From an uncultured virus (IMG/VR IMGVR_UViG_3300042297_000490) (lineage: Duplodnaviria > Heunggongvirae > Uroviricota > Caudoviricetes), in IMG/VR virus record IMGVR_UViG_3300042297_000490: a stretch of DNA of 64,000 nucleotides; one strand, 5' to 3'. Each line of letters begins with the position of its first letter. Position 1 is the first letter of the stretch. Under the pieces are notes generated by a model, which had not been told where the DNA came from, made no database searches, and saw only the letters and a program-made list of their open reading frames with translations. Shown here piece by piece: positions 1 through 11,516 of this stretch. A program made the position numbers and the translations under genes.

Positions 1-4
1 TGAT

Positions 5-1651
5 ATGTCTGAAATATTTGATGAAAAAGATACTGCTACAAAAATAAAAGAAAAAATTATAGCATTGTCTGGTGAAAAATTAGCAATGCCAATGCAAATT
101 TTAGATGTGCCAAATAAAAATATAGCAGTTTCAAGTTGGAATAAATTATTGTTAGAATACTTTGGGTTTAATAACTACGGTGATCATCCTGTATTAGTTG
201 CAAAAGCAATTAATGCTGTGGCTGGTGGATTGTCAATTGCTGAATCTAAAAATAGAAAAGATAATCATTGGGTTAAAGATGAGTCAATGGCAAACAATTC
301 TACTAAAGCAATTGCTACTCCTTCTGAATCAAATCCTAATTATGTTGCACGTTCTTCTACAAGAAACTACATTGATGTTATCAATCAAACAAACAAAAAA
401 GCTTTTGATAATAAATATAAAAGCACCGATAGCGTTTGGATTTTTGGTGCAGGATTGTTTAAAAGTGCATACGAAGGATTAACTGATTTGAAAGGATATA
501 CTGATATAGTTACCGCTGATTTCAAAAAAAATTACGAACCTAAAATTACAAAAGCAATTGAAGCTGGTGTTAAAACATTTAATGTAGGTTCTGCAAATGG
601 TATTGATGAAATGGCTTTAAAGTTTCTTGAAGAAAAAGGATATACAAAAGTTGTTCGTTATTCTCCTTTAGGAAAATACTATGAGGTTGTAAAAAGTTTA
701 GATGGTATTAGTTCTCCAATGTACGATGTTACTCTTGGTGTTAAATCTGGACGTAAGATTGGAATTGACAACTACATTTATCACATAACAGGCCTTAATT
801 TATTTAAAGGAATGTCTGAAAAAGATATTTCTGAAAAAGGATTTAAAATGGTAGATGCAGAATCAAAAAAATATTTTGCTGAAAATCCTACATACAAAAA
901 TGGATTTTCAATTGCACTATCTGATTTTGAAAGAGCTGCTATTAATATTGGATCTTCTGTTACAGATTCTTTTATTGAACAATACTTAATGCAGGTTGAA
1001 ATACCATTTGCTAAAAAATATGTTGAAAGTATAACACAAGTAAATACTCAAAAAGTTTATGAACCAAAAATTTTATCGCCTACTTTAAAAATTATGAAAA
1101 TGGCAGATTTAAGAGAAGCCCACAACAAAGGTGATATTTTATATACAATGCGTGTGTCAAAAGCACAAGCTGCATCTGCGCAATTTGGATTTAAAGGTTT
1201 AAGTGAAAATAAACATTTTGGCAATCCTTTTACTGGTTCTAATGTAGAAGGTCAAATTAAAATGAAAAGTGTTGATGTAGCTTCAATGGCGTATGAAGAA
1301 TGGTTGGATGGTCAAGATGTATTTAAAGATAAATTTGATAACGTAATTAGTCTTGAGTATGCAAAAGAAAGACGTGACTGGATTAATAGCACAATAGATA
1401 GATTGAAAGCTAAAGAAACAAAAACAGTTCTTGGTTACAGTAATTCTCAAAATGAAGCATTTAATCATGCATCTATTTTAGATGAAAGAATCAATGGTGT
1501 TAAAGCAGATAAACCAAAAACTTTAACTGATAATGCTCAAAAATTAGTTGAAGAATTCATTGATTTAAACACTAACATTCCATTAGAAGAATTTAAAGTA
1601 TTACCTTTGAAAGAAATGAAACGAGTAATTAACGATATAAAAGAATGTTAA
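5..1651 (+). CDS. C-terminal part of a large virion/cargo polyvalent protein, with SLOG/YspA-like and DUF4326-like segments; frame probably continues upstream of the window
   Basis: Frame open from position 2; VGSANGIDEMA resembles the GxAxGxD SLOG motif; HFGNPF...AYEEWL resembles DUF4326; abuts a 2024-aa ORF. Confidence 0.5.
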   Translation: MSEIFDEKDTATKIKEKIIALSGEKLAMPMQILDVPNKNIAVSSWNKLLLEYFGFNNYGDHPVLVAKAINAVAGGLSIAESKNRKDNHWVKDESMANNSTKAIATPSESNPNYVARSSTRNYIDVINQTNKKAFDNKYKSTDSVWIFGAGLFKSAYEGLTDLKGYTDIVTADFKKNYEPKITKAIEAGVKTFNVGSANGIDEMALKFLEEKGYTKVVRYSPLGKYYEVVKSLDGISSPMYDVTLGVKSGRKIGIDNYIYHITGLNLFKGMSEKDISEKGFKMVDAESKKYFAENPTYKNGFSIALSDFERAAINIGSSVTDSFIEQYLMQVEIPFAKKYVESITQVNTQKVYEPKILSPTLKIMKMADLREAHNKGDILYTMRVSKAQAASAQFGFKGLSENKHFGNPFTGSNVEGQIKMKSVDVASMAYEEWLDGQDVFKDKFDNVISLEYAKERRDWINSTIDRLKAKETKTVLGYSNSQNEAFNHASILDERINGVKADKPKTLTDNAQKLVEEFIDLNTNIPLEEFKVLPLKEMKRVINDIKEC

Positions 1652-4600
1652 ATGAGTTGTATAAATAAATCACATCCGGATTTTATAAAGCTTCAAGAAG
1701 AAGTTAACATTAATCCTTCAATCCTTGCAGCAAAAATTGGGATATGGATGGAAGAAAACAGTACGGATGAGTATCCAACTGCAAAAGATTTAGGTTTAGA
1801 AACATCTCAATTAAATGTTGATAGAGGTACCCAAGATGGTGGCAATACCGTTTTGGGTAATACTCGTTCTTGGCAATCATCTCCAAACACAGGCGATGTT
1901 GTTTCGAATAAAGTTCTTGAAACGTATGACGAAAACAAATTGGATTTATCAGAAGAAGACTTGCAGAAGTTTAACGAAGTTGCTGCGGTTGTAGGTCGTG
2001 AAGAAGCTTTACGTGATGTATTAGAACAACATGGTGAAGTCAGAAGTCCAGAGGTAGTTTTTCAAAAGCTTACAACGCGTGATTACGACAATCTTGAAAC
2101 GATAGAAGAAGATTACTATGCAGAAGCAGAACCTTTTGAAATGTCACGAGCTGTTTCTAAAGTGAAGGACTTGGTTAAAATAACCAACAATCAAAAAGCA
2201 ATGTTGATACTTTCAAAATTATCAAACCAATTAGGTGTTGATTTTGAAATTATATCTGAAGAAGATTTTGATAAAGAATATCCAAACCAAAAAACAACTA
2301 CGGGTTATTTCAAAAATGGAAAAATCTTTTTAATACAAGAACGCTTTAATGCTAGTACAGTTGTTCATGAGTTTGGTCATCCAATTATTAAATCAATCTT
2401 TAATTCAAATCGAGATTTATTTAATGAACTATATGATAAATTAAAAGCATCGCCAGAATTTTCTGAAATTGAAAAACACCTGGATACAATGTACTCATCT
2501 GAATTTGAAAAAGAATCAGATGAGTATAAAGAAGAAGCATTAGTGTATGCATTACAATATGCGCACGCTAACCAAGCTGATCTACAAAAAGATGGGTTTT
2601 TTAAAGAATTGTTTTTTCAAATTAAACAATTTTTAAGAAAGTTGTTTGGTAAAAAAATTAACATTTCAAAACTTAATCCGAACACTACGATAGCAGATAT
2701 TGCTGATATGATCAATGCAGGTGAAGAATTTCTTTTAGATAGAGATTTCATTGACATGGATGATGTTGCAATGTTTGGTAAGATGTATGAGGATGAAGTA
2801 AAAATTATGGCTGCTGTTTCTGTTGAAGAAACAGAACAGACTATAAATGAATTTTACGAAGTTCTAAAAAAACAAGTTGGTAATTTAACAAAAGAAAACG
2901 ATGTCTTTAAATGGATTGCTGGTGAAATTTCCGATGAATATAATCAAGGAATTATACAGCAGTTAAGAAAAGATGTAGAAGAATTAACTACGTTCAATAA
3001 AAGAAAGCCTGTTAAGTCTTTAGTTAAAATTAAAGATGAAGCTGATGTTACTCAAGACATGGAACAATTCCATAATAAATTAAAACAATTTATATCGGTA
3101 GTTGTAAATACAGGAATTCTTTTTGACAAACTTTCTGAAAAGTTTGATACAATGGACAATGTAACTTTGGATTCAAAAGAAGATATTGAAACATTGTATT
3201 CAATGTGGCTTTATGCTAATAACTGGAATGATTATTTTAACAAATTAGATGATTCTAAAACCGGTTATTTTAATTATCATGTTAAAAAAGATAACCCTGT
3301 ATATGAAAAGTTTTCAAAAATTAAAACTAAAATAGAACAATTACAGCAACGTGTAAGTAGTAAGGTTACAGAATTATCTATTGATGCTTTTCATGATCAT
3401 CTTGTAGAAGTTCACAAACCTATTGAAGAAGCTTATTTAGATAAGTTACAAAAACTACAAGACAAAGGATTATGGGCTGAATACGAATTGGTATATGCTG
3501 ATTACTACGGTGTAACTCTTGCTGAAGAATATGAATTTAATATATTAGATGCTCGTGTTAAAAACAAAGAACCTTTAACTTATGATGAACAACGAAGACA
3601 CATGGTTCTTCGACTTAATATAGCTAAAGGTGAAAGAATTACAAAAGATAAAGTTAAACTTACAAGTGCTAACTTTTTAGGCGATGCTAAAGGTTTAAGC
3701 AATGCTATGTATGGTTTTATTACGTCTGATGATATTATAACAAGTGGTTTTGCTAAATATATTAATCAACATTTTAATACAATTGCAGGTAATGTAAATG
3801 CAAAAGAAGCAACTCTGTTAGATGGTTTAAATGATGCGTTAAAAGGTACATCGTTTGGTAATAATATTTTTGGAGAAGCTGGTCTTGGAAAAGCAATTAG
3901 TCATGTAGATACATACGCTGTTGAAGGTGCAGATGGAAAGTTAGAAATAAAAGAAGAGTATGCTTTTATGAGTAATTTTCGAAACCATCGTGTTAAAATA
4001 AAAGAATTAGATGTTGCTATTGATCTTGCACGTAGTAATTATGTTGCAATTCCTGATGGTAGCAATTATGATTTATGGTTAGATGCTATTGATGCAAAAG
4101 CTCAATTTGAATCTGATTATATGCATCGTGATAATACTGCTGAATATTACCAGCACGATTATTTAATGCGTACACCTATAGGAAGAAAAGCACGTAGATT
4201 GATTGACGATATTTACACAGAAATGAATGCTTTGAATAGAGATTATTCAGAAAATATTACTGATGGTGATTATCAAACAGAATCTTCACGACTTTGGTTT
4301 GATTTAAAACAACTTAAAAATAAATTTGATAGAACAGGTCAATTAAAAACAGGCGATGATTTACAAATAGCTGAATTGTTAACCAACTATGATAAGTTGA
4401 CAAAAGATTTTCATGACTATGAAGAAGTTCCAGGTAAATTTGAAGGTGTATTTGCTGCGTTTGAAGCACAAATTTTGACTAAATATACAAAAGGAAGTTT
4501 AGAGTACGAGTATGAAATGAATACTTGGTTGAGTCAAAATACACAGGTTGAAGTTAATTCTAATTATTATGAATTACGAAAAGCAAAATTGGATAGACGT

Positions 4601-7600
4601 AAAGAACTATTAGAAAAACTTGATCAAACAAATACTAAAATTGCAGCCCTTAAAGGTATTATTGATTCAACTATATTGTTTGAAGAAGTTTCAAATATAG
4701 TTAAACCAACTGTAAATGAATCAGGTATTTATGAAGGTACACGTTTATCATTAGAGGAACAACAAAAAATAACTGACTTGAATAAACAAATTCAAGATGG
4801 TAAAAAATTGTTTATTACTAAAAGTGGTTTAAGTAAGCATCAGTATTTAGATTATGTTAGGTTAAGTAATAGAAAAAATCTTAAACCTCATGAAAAATTA
4901 AGACTGGAAGCTTTTAAATTAATTCTACGCACTAAACTTCAAGGACTTGAGGTTAATGATGAAGACTTACTTGAAGTTGATCAAATTGACAATGATTTAC
5001 GTGAAATGTCATATTCAAGAAGCACAGAAGATTATAAAAATATGTGGTTTGATTTCATGTATAAAAATTCTGATGTTTATGATGCTGTTTACAATGCTGT
5101 AAAAAAAACATATAAGCATAGTGACTTGTATAACAATCCTGTTTTATCAGAAGACATGGTTGATATATTGTTATCTGATTTAGATTTAATCGATGAATTA
5201 AAAGAGTTATCACCTGAATTTAAAACATGGTTTGAAGCAAATCATTTTGCTGATGAAAAAGTTGTTTATGCATTAGATCCAGCAATTGGGTATCAAGTTC
5301 CAAAAGGTGTTGTTAGTATATGGACAAAATCTACAGTATGGAATTTTTCAGGACCTTACGATGTAGATAAGTATTACAACACTAAAATTATGAATCATGA
5401 TTTATTTCCTAATGGTACATTGGAAGTAAATGGTGAACCACGTGTTCCAAATAAAGCATATAAATCAAAGATTGTAAAAAGCGATTATGTTACACCTGAA
5501 ATTGAAAGAGATGAACTTCAAAATGGTCAATTGATTCTTGCAAATAAAGATTCAAAAGGACAATGGTTACCAAAGACTGTTAATGAAGGTGCAATAGGAA
5601 CTAACTTTATTAATGATGAATATCAAGAAATGTTACGTTCTAAACCAGAATTATTTGATGCATTGATGTACTTAAAAAATACATACTTGGATAATCAAAT
5701 TGGATTAGATTCATCACAAACAAACGGACTTGCTTTTCCTAAAGAAAAAATTCATGGAACTATAGAAAATGTTACTACAAAAGGATTTTTTGAAAGAAAG
5801 CGTCTAGGTATAATAAGAGCTTTTAGTAAAAGCAATACTGATGATTTTGATAGTGATCAATATCGTAAAGCTTCTGTAGGATATGATTCAAATGCATTAG
5901 CAAACACAATGACCAGACCGATTACTGGTAATTATGAAATGCCTTTAGCTGAACAAAGTAGAAATATTGTTTCTATTATGGGTAGATGGTTGCATTCAGT
6001 TGAAACATATAAAGTTGCTCGTGATATTAACCCTGTTGTACAAATGTTACAGGATACAATTAAAAATCTTGGTGCTGATCCAGATCTTATTAAATTAAAA
6101 CAATCATTTGAAACATTAAATATGGCTAAACCTACACTTTCAGCTGCTGAAAGTGGTCGATTGAAGAATATTAATAAAATGATTGATAAACATATTGATG
6201 GTGTTCAAGTTGTAATGCCTGATGGTTTTGATGGTAGATATGGTACTTATGCATTGCGAATTACGCAATTTACAAGTAAAGCATTAAGTAAACGATTCTT
6301 TAGTTATAATGTGTATAGTGGTGTAAAAAACTACGCCAGTGGTGAAATTATGTTAGCGGCAACATCGGCAGAAGGTAAAGTTTTAAATCCAAATGATTTA
6401 CGTGTTACAAAAAGAATGGCTATGGCTGCTTCTAATAAAATTGTATCAGAATCATGGACTAAAAAACAAAAAGATCCAATTATACAATTGATAACAGTTA
6501 TGGATGCTATTCCAGACTTTGCTAAAAAACGTGCAGGTCATAACGGAGGTACAACATTTATGCAGTCTATTTTTAAAGGTAATCAACGATATGCTATAAG
6601 AAAATATCTTGGTGACATGGTTCCGTTGCATCAATTTTTTGCAATTTTAAATCATAATAAGTTTGAATTAAATGGTAAACAAACTACTTTGTTTAAAGCA
6701 ATACAGTTAGATGCTCAAGGGCGTGTTGTAACAATGCCAAATGTTCCAGTTGAATATTCTATTTCTTATTCGGATGATAACAAAATCATACTTGGTTCTA
6801 AATTAAATCAGTTAATAGATCTTCATCAAAATACTTTAACCAAAACTATTGGTGCAGCAAATGATTTGAATGCTCCTGATATTTATAGGAATCTTATGGG
6901 AAAAATGGGATTATTTTTAATTAAATTTTTTCCAAACTTATTAAGAGATAGAATTACATACGGTAAAGTTAAATTTAAACATAAAGAAATTTTAGGAAAA
7001 AAAGTAGCAGTAGGCGTTCGATTTACACCAAGAAATAATGTTGCATCTGGTACAAGAGAATTAGGTTCTTATGTTGCACTGTTAGAGTCCGTTGGAGAAC
7101 TTATTAGAACAAGAGGTAAGCATTTATCGTATGAAAACTATACAGGGCTTCTAAAGATTGCTATTGGTATTTCAATTGAAATTGCATTGTATCTTGTTCA
7201 AAAAAACATGAGATTTAAACTCAACAACGATGATGATGATGAATCTAAAGCTTTTCTTTTTGATGAAGAAAAAGAAGGGATGTTTAAATGGATGGCTGCA
7301 TCAACAAGTGTTCCGCAAGCACCTAAATTTATTACAGATATTACAGGTCCTATTGTAGATGAACAATATACCGATGCAAGTGGGCGTGAGTTTGATGCTA
7401 CTAATTTTTTTAAAATACAACTTTTACGAACAATTGTTGGTGTAAGAAAAGAAACAAGTGCTTTTTATCCAATGCCTATGATGAACCAAGGTGTTAATAT
7501 GTCTATGATGAAAGGTGTTTTTTCAACAGCAAATCCATTAAGTGATATACTTAACGGATTTGACATTGCTTTAGAAGGTGAAGTTTATGAAAAAGATGCC

Positions 7601-7726
7601 GGTCCATTACGTTGGCAACAATCAGGTCGTAGTAAACTTTTTAATTTATATTTAAAATACGAAGGGTTTGATGGCAAAATGATAGACGCGGCATACGGAC
7701 TTAAACAAGAATTTCGCAAGTTTTAA
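1652..7726 (+). CDS. Giant virion cargo/polyvalent protein with N-terminal zincin metallopeptidase domain
   Basis: 2024 aa; HEFGH followed by EEAL (HExxH...E); size and position typical of crAss-like ejected proteins. Confidence 0.7.
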   Translation: MSCINKSHPDFIKLQEEVNINPSILAAKIGIWMEENSTDEYPTAKDLGLETSQLNVDRGTQDGGNTVLGNTRSWQSSPNTGDVVSNKVLETYDENKLDLSEEDLQKFNEVAAVVGREEALRDVLEQHGEVRSPEVVFQKLTTRDYDNLETIEEDYYAEAEPFEMSRAVSKVKDLVKITNNQKAMLILSKLSNQLGVDFEIISEEDFDKEYPNQKTTTGYFKNGKIFLIQERFNASTVVHEFGHPIIKSIFNSNRDLFNELYDKLKASPEFSEIEKHLDTMYSSEFEKESDEYKEEALVYALQYAHANQADLQKDGFFKELFFQIKQFLRKLFGKKINISKLNPNTTIADIADMINAGEEFLLDRDFIDMDDVAMFGKMYEDEVKIMAAVSVEETEQTINEFYEVLKKQVGNLTKENDVFKWIAGEISDEYNQGIIQQLRKDVEELTTFNKRKPVKSLVKIKDEADVTQDMEQFHNKLKQFISVVVNTGILFDKLSEKFDTMDNVTLDSKEDIETLYSMWLYANNWNDYFNKLDDSKTGYFNYHVKKDNPVYEKFSKIKTKIEQLQQRVSSKVTELSIDAFHDHLVEVHKPIEEAYLDKLQKLQDKGLWAEYELVYADYYGVTLAEEYEFNILDARVKNKEPLTYDEQRRHMVLRLNIAKGERITKDKVKLTSANFLGDAKGLSNAMYGFITSDDIITSGFAKYINQHFNTIAGNVNAKEATLLDGLNDALKGTSFGNNIFGEAGLGKAISHVDTYAVEGADGKLEIKEEYAFMSNFRNHRVKIKELDVAIDLARSNYVAIPDGSNYDLWLDAIDAKAQFESDYMHRDNTAEYYQHDYLMRTPIGRKARRLIDDIYTEMNALNRDYSENITDGDYQTESSRLWFDLKQLKNKFDRTGQLKTGDDLQIAELLTNYDKLTKDFHDYEEVPGKFEGVFAAFEAQILTKYTKGSLEYEYEMNTWLSQNTQVEVNSNYYELRKAKLDRRKELLEKLDQTNTKIAALKGIIDSTILFEEVSNIVKPTVNESGIYEGTRLSLEEQQKITDLNKQIQDGKKLFITKSGLSKHQYLDYVRLSNRKNLKPHEKLRLEAFKLILRTKLQGLEVNDEDLLEVDQIDNDLREMSYSRSTEDYKNMWFDFMYKNSDVYDAVYNAVKKTYKHSDLYNNPVLSEDMVDILLSDLDLIDELKELSPEFKTWFEANHFADEKVVYALDPAIGYQVPKGVVSIWTKSTVWNFSGPYDVDKYYNTKIMNHDLFPNGTLEVNGEPRVPNKAYKSKIVKSDYVTPEIERDELQNGQLILANKDSKGQWLPKTVNEGAIGTNFINDEYQEMLRSKPELFDALMYLKNTYLDNQIGLDSSQTNGLAFPKEKIHGTIENVTTKGFFERKRLGIIRAFSKSNTDDFDSDQYRKASVGYDSNALANTMTRPITGNYEMPLAEQSRNIVSIMGRWLHSVETYKVARDINPVVQMLQDTIKNLGADPDLIKLKQSFETLNMAKPTLSAAESGRLKNINKMIDKHIDGVQVVMPDGFDGRYGTYALRITQFTSKALSKRFFSYNVYSGVKNYASGEIMLAATSAEGKVLNPNDLRVTKRMAMAASNKIVSESWTKKQKDPIIQLITVMDAIPDFAKKRAGHNGGTTFMQSIFKGNQRYAIRKYLGDMVPLHQFFAILNHNKFELNGKQTTLFKAIQLDAQGRVVTMPNVPVEYSISYSDDNKIILGSKLNQLIDLHQNTLTKTIGAANDLNAPDIYRNLMGKMGLFLIKFFPNLLRDRITYGKVKFKHKEILGKKVAVGVRFTPRNNVASGTRELGSYVALLESVGELIRTRGKHLSYENYTGLLKIAIGISIEIALYLVQKNMRFKLNNDDDDESKAFLFDEEKEGMFKWMAASTSVPQAPKFITDITGPIVDEQYTDASGREFDATNFFKIQLLRTIVGVRKETSAFYPMPMMNQGVNMSMMKGVFSTANPLSDILNGFDIALEGEVYEKDAGPLRWQQSGRSKLFNLYLKYEGFDGKMIDAAYGLKQEFRKF

Positions 7727-8249
7727 TAAAGCATCCTTTGAATAATTTAATCATGCGTTCAGACGCTGATATAAGTTCAGTTTCAAAATTAGGAGGACCA
7801 AGAATTTCTTTTGGTCCTTCTTTTACATTAAAAAGATCTGCGATTTCATTTCGTATATCATCTGGATATAATGCTAGTCCAGTCATTTTATGTACAGAAG
7901 AACCAATGATTCTATTTTTAGTACGTTGACTGACATCAGAATACATTCCATTAATGATTAACGCGTAATCATGTTTATAGTCTTTTAATTCAAAAACAAA
8001 ATATTCAAAACCTTCATCTATAAAATAGACTTGGTAATTTTTATTTTGCACTAGAATTCTTTTCTGTTGTTTGTAATTAAACAAATCTTTGTGGAACATT
8101 CCAATTATCAAAGGCTTGTCTGTGTTTGCATCTTTAAAACCTAAATACGTGTTGATAGGTTTTATATTTGTTGGTAAGTTCAACAAAGGCCAAAGAAACA
8201 TATAACTTTTTTGTGTTTCTTTTTTTAATTCATCTTCAAGATTAAACAT
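7701..8249 (-). CDS. Hypothetical protein, last gene of the leftward arm
   Basis: 182-aa ORF converging on and overlapping the giant ORF. Confidence 0.6.
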   Translation of the reverse strand: MFNLEDELKKETQKSYMFLWPLLNLPTNIKPINTYLGFKDANTDKPLIIGMFHKDLFNYKQQKRILVQNKNYQVYFIDEGFEYFVFELKDYKHDYALIINGMYSDVSQRTKNRIIGSSVHKMTGLALYPDDIRNEIADLFNVKEGPKEILGPPNFETELISASERMIKLFKGCFIKTCEILV

Positions 8250-8401
8250 ATCGTTTTATTTTTTTTCTGTGTATCCTATTAATTCAGTTGTTTGTACTTT
8301 AAACTGTGATCCTTTTTTCTTGTAACTTACAAGCACCATAGTGCTGTGTTCAAAGGTTGCCCTGATATAGACAACCTTTCCGTTATATGTTATGCCAGCA
8401 C

Positions 8402-8782
8402 TCATTTGAACAATGTTTTAAGTTCTACTTTTTCAAATCCTTCAGGTTTGATTATTTTACCATCTTCTCTAAAGATTGGTTTACCATCTGGACCTAGCTT
8501 TGCCATATTGTTTGCATGAACTAAATTAAATGCAGGAACAATCATATCCTGTAATCCATGTTTTAAAATGGTTCCACATAAAATATACAATTGGTCTGCG
8601 CATGCATCAAGCACTTCAATAATATCTTCGTCTTTTGCAGCATCCAGATATTCTTGGTTCTCTTCTTTCATCAGAGCGTAACGTAACCTAGACTCTTCTA
8701 TAGAAAGAAGTTCAGGAGTACTGTTCATGTCTTGCAAGAATTTTTCATGAAATTCTTTTACTTGTTCTAATTGTTTTTCCAT
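8402..8782 (-). CDS. MazG-like/PRA-PH nucleoside triphosphate pyrophosphohydrolase
   Basis: EExxE..DAxxDxxY and NMAKLGPDGKPIFREDGKIIKP motifs. Confidence 0.85.
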   Translation of the reverse strand: MEKQLEQVKEFHEKFLQDMNSTPELLSIEESRLRYALMKEENQEYLDAAKDEDIIEVLDACADQLYILCGTILKHGLQDMIVPAFNLVHANNMAKLGPDGKPIFREDGKIIKPEGFEKVELKTLFK

Positions 8783-9312
8783 TAGCTGTGCATTATTTTT
8801 TTACCCAAGTTATTAAGTCCTTCAATGATGTGGGGTAATCCTAAACCATCTTTGTCGGTCATTCCAAATACACCTTTGTATTTGGTTTCAGTTTTTTTGG
8901 CGAAGTCATCACATAATGTTTTGATGTAGGACAAAGGGATGTCGTTAAATTCCATTTCGGCAATGTCTGCTGAAATACTTTTTGCCTTTGCATACATCAT
9001 AGCCAATGCGGTCATTTCTTCGTTTACAAACCATACTCTGTTTGTAAAATCGCGGAACATTTGTTGTAGTTCCATTTGTGTTTGCGAATCCGCTTCTACA
9101 AATGGTTTTAAAAAAGCTGAACTAAATGAATCTAATTTTGCTCCAAGCCTTTCAAACGGTTCTTTGATTTCGTGTTTTACATATTTCGATTTTCCATCTA
9201 AGTAAAGGTCATTTACTATATCGAAATCTGGTAAAAGATCTGCGCATTTAATCGCAATCCTTACCAATCTAATTGTATCATCTCTTGATATATCATCTGC
9301 TGACAAAGCCAT
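8782..9312 (-). CDS. Hypothetical protein
   Basis: 176-aa ORF translationally coupled to neighbours. Confidence 0.6.
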   Translation of the reverse strand: MALSADDISRDDTIRLVRIAIKCADLLPDFDIVNDLYLDGKSKYVKHEIKEPFERLGAKLDSFSSAFLKPFVEADSQTQMELQQMFRDFTNRVWFVNEEMTALAMMYAKAKSISADIAEMEFNDIPLSYIKTLCDDFAKKTETKYKGVFGMTDKDGLGLPHIIEGLNNLGKKIMHS

Positions 9313-11516
9313 CTTCGTTTGATTTAATTAACACCATGTCATGCAACACATCATTATCCAAACTTAAATTTATTCTTGGTGAATGTGTAGCCAAGTTGAG
9401 GAACCATTCGGATTCTCCCTGCATCTTGAATAACTTTACACCTTTATTGTAAAATGAAAGTGCTTGTTGCTTGCTTGTGAAAATTTCTTTCACACAAGTC
9501 GATGTATGTGTGCGATGTTTATCGCATTCATATACAATGTAAATCATAAGTTTGATAGTTTAAGAAAGTGATTGTACACACCAGGAATATGTTTTTTGTA
9601 ATATGGTTGGTTTTCCTTACACCATTTTTTAAGATCTTCTTTGCATATAAAAGGTTTGGTCCAACCATTTCCGCGCATTATACAATTAAAAGTCGGTGAT
9701 AATTCTTTGATGAAATCTGCTACAGTCCATCCTTCCCAGATGTGTTTGTTATAATCTATTTTAGCCATGATTTTTAAATTTTATGATACGCAGGTTAAAC
9801 ATTTAGGACAAAAACTTATATCGCCAGTGTACTCATGGTGACATTTGTGACATTCTTTTTGTTCAGTCAAATCATCAATGAATATTAAATCAATTGGATC
9901 AAACTCATAATCATCATCAACATTTACAAATATTGTACATTTATCTTCTGGTATGTACCCACAGGAATCAAATAAACTTTTTACTGTTATTGTGTTAGAA
10001 CCTGTTGTTCTTATTGCATTAATAACTTCTCTGCCAATATTCAATACATCATCTTCATCTGAAAAATACCATGCAATAAAATCAGATGCTGTAATAGAAC
10101 CTTTCATTTCTTCAATTACTACATCATCATAACCTGTAGCTACACAATTAGCTGCTAAACTTTCTGCTTCTTTTTTGGTTAGGTAGTTGTCATTTGCTTC
10201 AAGGCCACCTATCCAAACTGTAAATCTTCTTTCCATCACTTGATTTTTAATTTTTTACGTAACCAATCATTTTCATTTCGGTTATAACTTACCATAAATC
10301 CTGCTCCAGTTTTTGCATTTTGCATACTTCCACCACATCTATTCTCAAGAACACTTAATGCTATTTCTTTGTCATATAATGCACCATCAGATGGTTGGAA
10401 ACACATGTTATCATAGTCATCTCTGCTATTTGCTCTGTCAATTTTATACTTGCTCATAATTTTGTTATTAATAATAAGGACTCTCTTAAATCTAATGCTG
10501 CACGTTTGATTGCACCGCGTTCTTTTATTGTATATGATGGACGTTTTTCAAGAAGTTCCTTTGCCATTCTTAATTTAAATGCGTCCATCTTTTTCTGGAA
10601 TCTTTCAATCTCCAGATTTACTTCTTTGATTGCTTTTGTTTCTTCACTAAAACCAGTCCAACTACTCATTTATTGGTCGCAGTTCGATTTGATACTTTAT
10701 GCATCTTAACAAAAGTTTTTCATTGTCTTGCTGTAACTTCCTAATCTTTTCTACAGTAAAAGCCTTTTCATCTTTCATTCGATTAAGTTTGTTTAACATC
10801 TGCGCAATATTGTTTTTTAACACTGTACTTTTGTATTCAGCATATTCTTTATGTACTTTTTCTAATTCCGCTCTTACTTCTTTGATTTGACTTAAAAGGT
10901 TTTGATTGGAATATCGCTCCCACAATAACTTTTCAGCTTGTGTGGGAGCACCTAATTTCATTAAGGGTTCATCTTCATTCGTCATCTGCTGTTCCGTTTC
11001 TATAAATTATTTCTCCATCGGTGTTATATATTTCCTGTGTGGAAGCACCGCCATTTTCTTCAACTGTCATTGGTTCTTCGCTTTCTAAATCAATATCGCA
11101 ATAATCAATATAACAATCATCAATTTCATCCGCTATATCATAAGGTGCATCGCAATCACCTTCTTTTAATTTTTGAATTACTTCTTCTAATTTTTCATCT
11201 GGAATTCGAACTCGCTTCCAGGTTGTTATTTTAAAATCTAAAAAATATGCCATTACTCGTGTATTAAAGTTTTTACTACTTGGTCGCGCATTGTTAATAC
11301 ACCAAAGTATTCAATGCATTCTTCAATTGTTATTCGTTCCATGCACCATTCTGTATTAAATCCATCTTGATGTTCAATGTATTTTAGAATCACATTGTTT
11401 TCAATTTGGTCAAGAACTACTGCATAATTTTCGACTGTAATATCAACAGTCATTTCTTTGTAACCACTTGGTTCAACCTGAACTTTAGTTACTGGAATTG
11501 ATAAGTTATAACTCAT
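9293..11516 (-). CDS. Run of eight small coupled hypothetical genes (9293-9547, 9544-9768, 9781-10239 with C-terminal CxxC..CxxC, 10236-10457, 10454-10669, 10662-10985, 10975-11253, 11253-11516)
   Basis: Overlapping or abutting start/stop codons on the same strand; no recognisable family. Confidence 0.55.
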
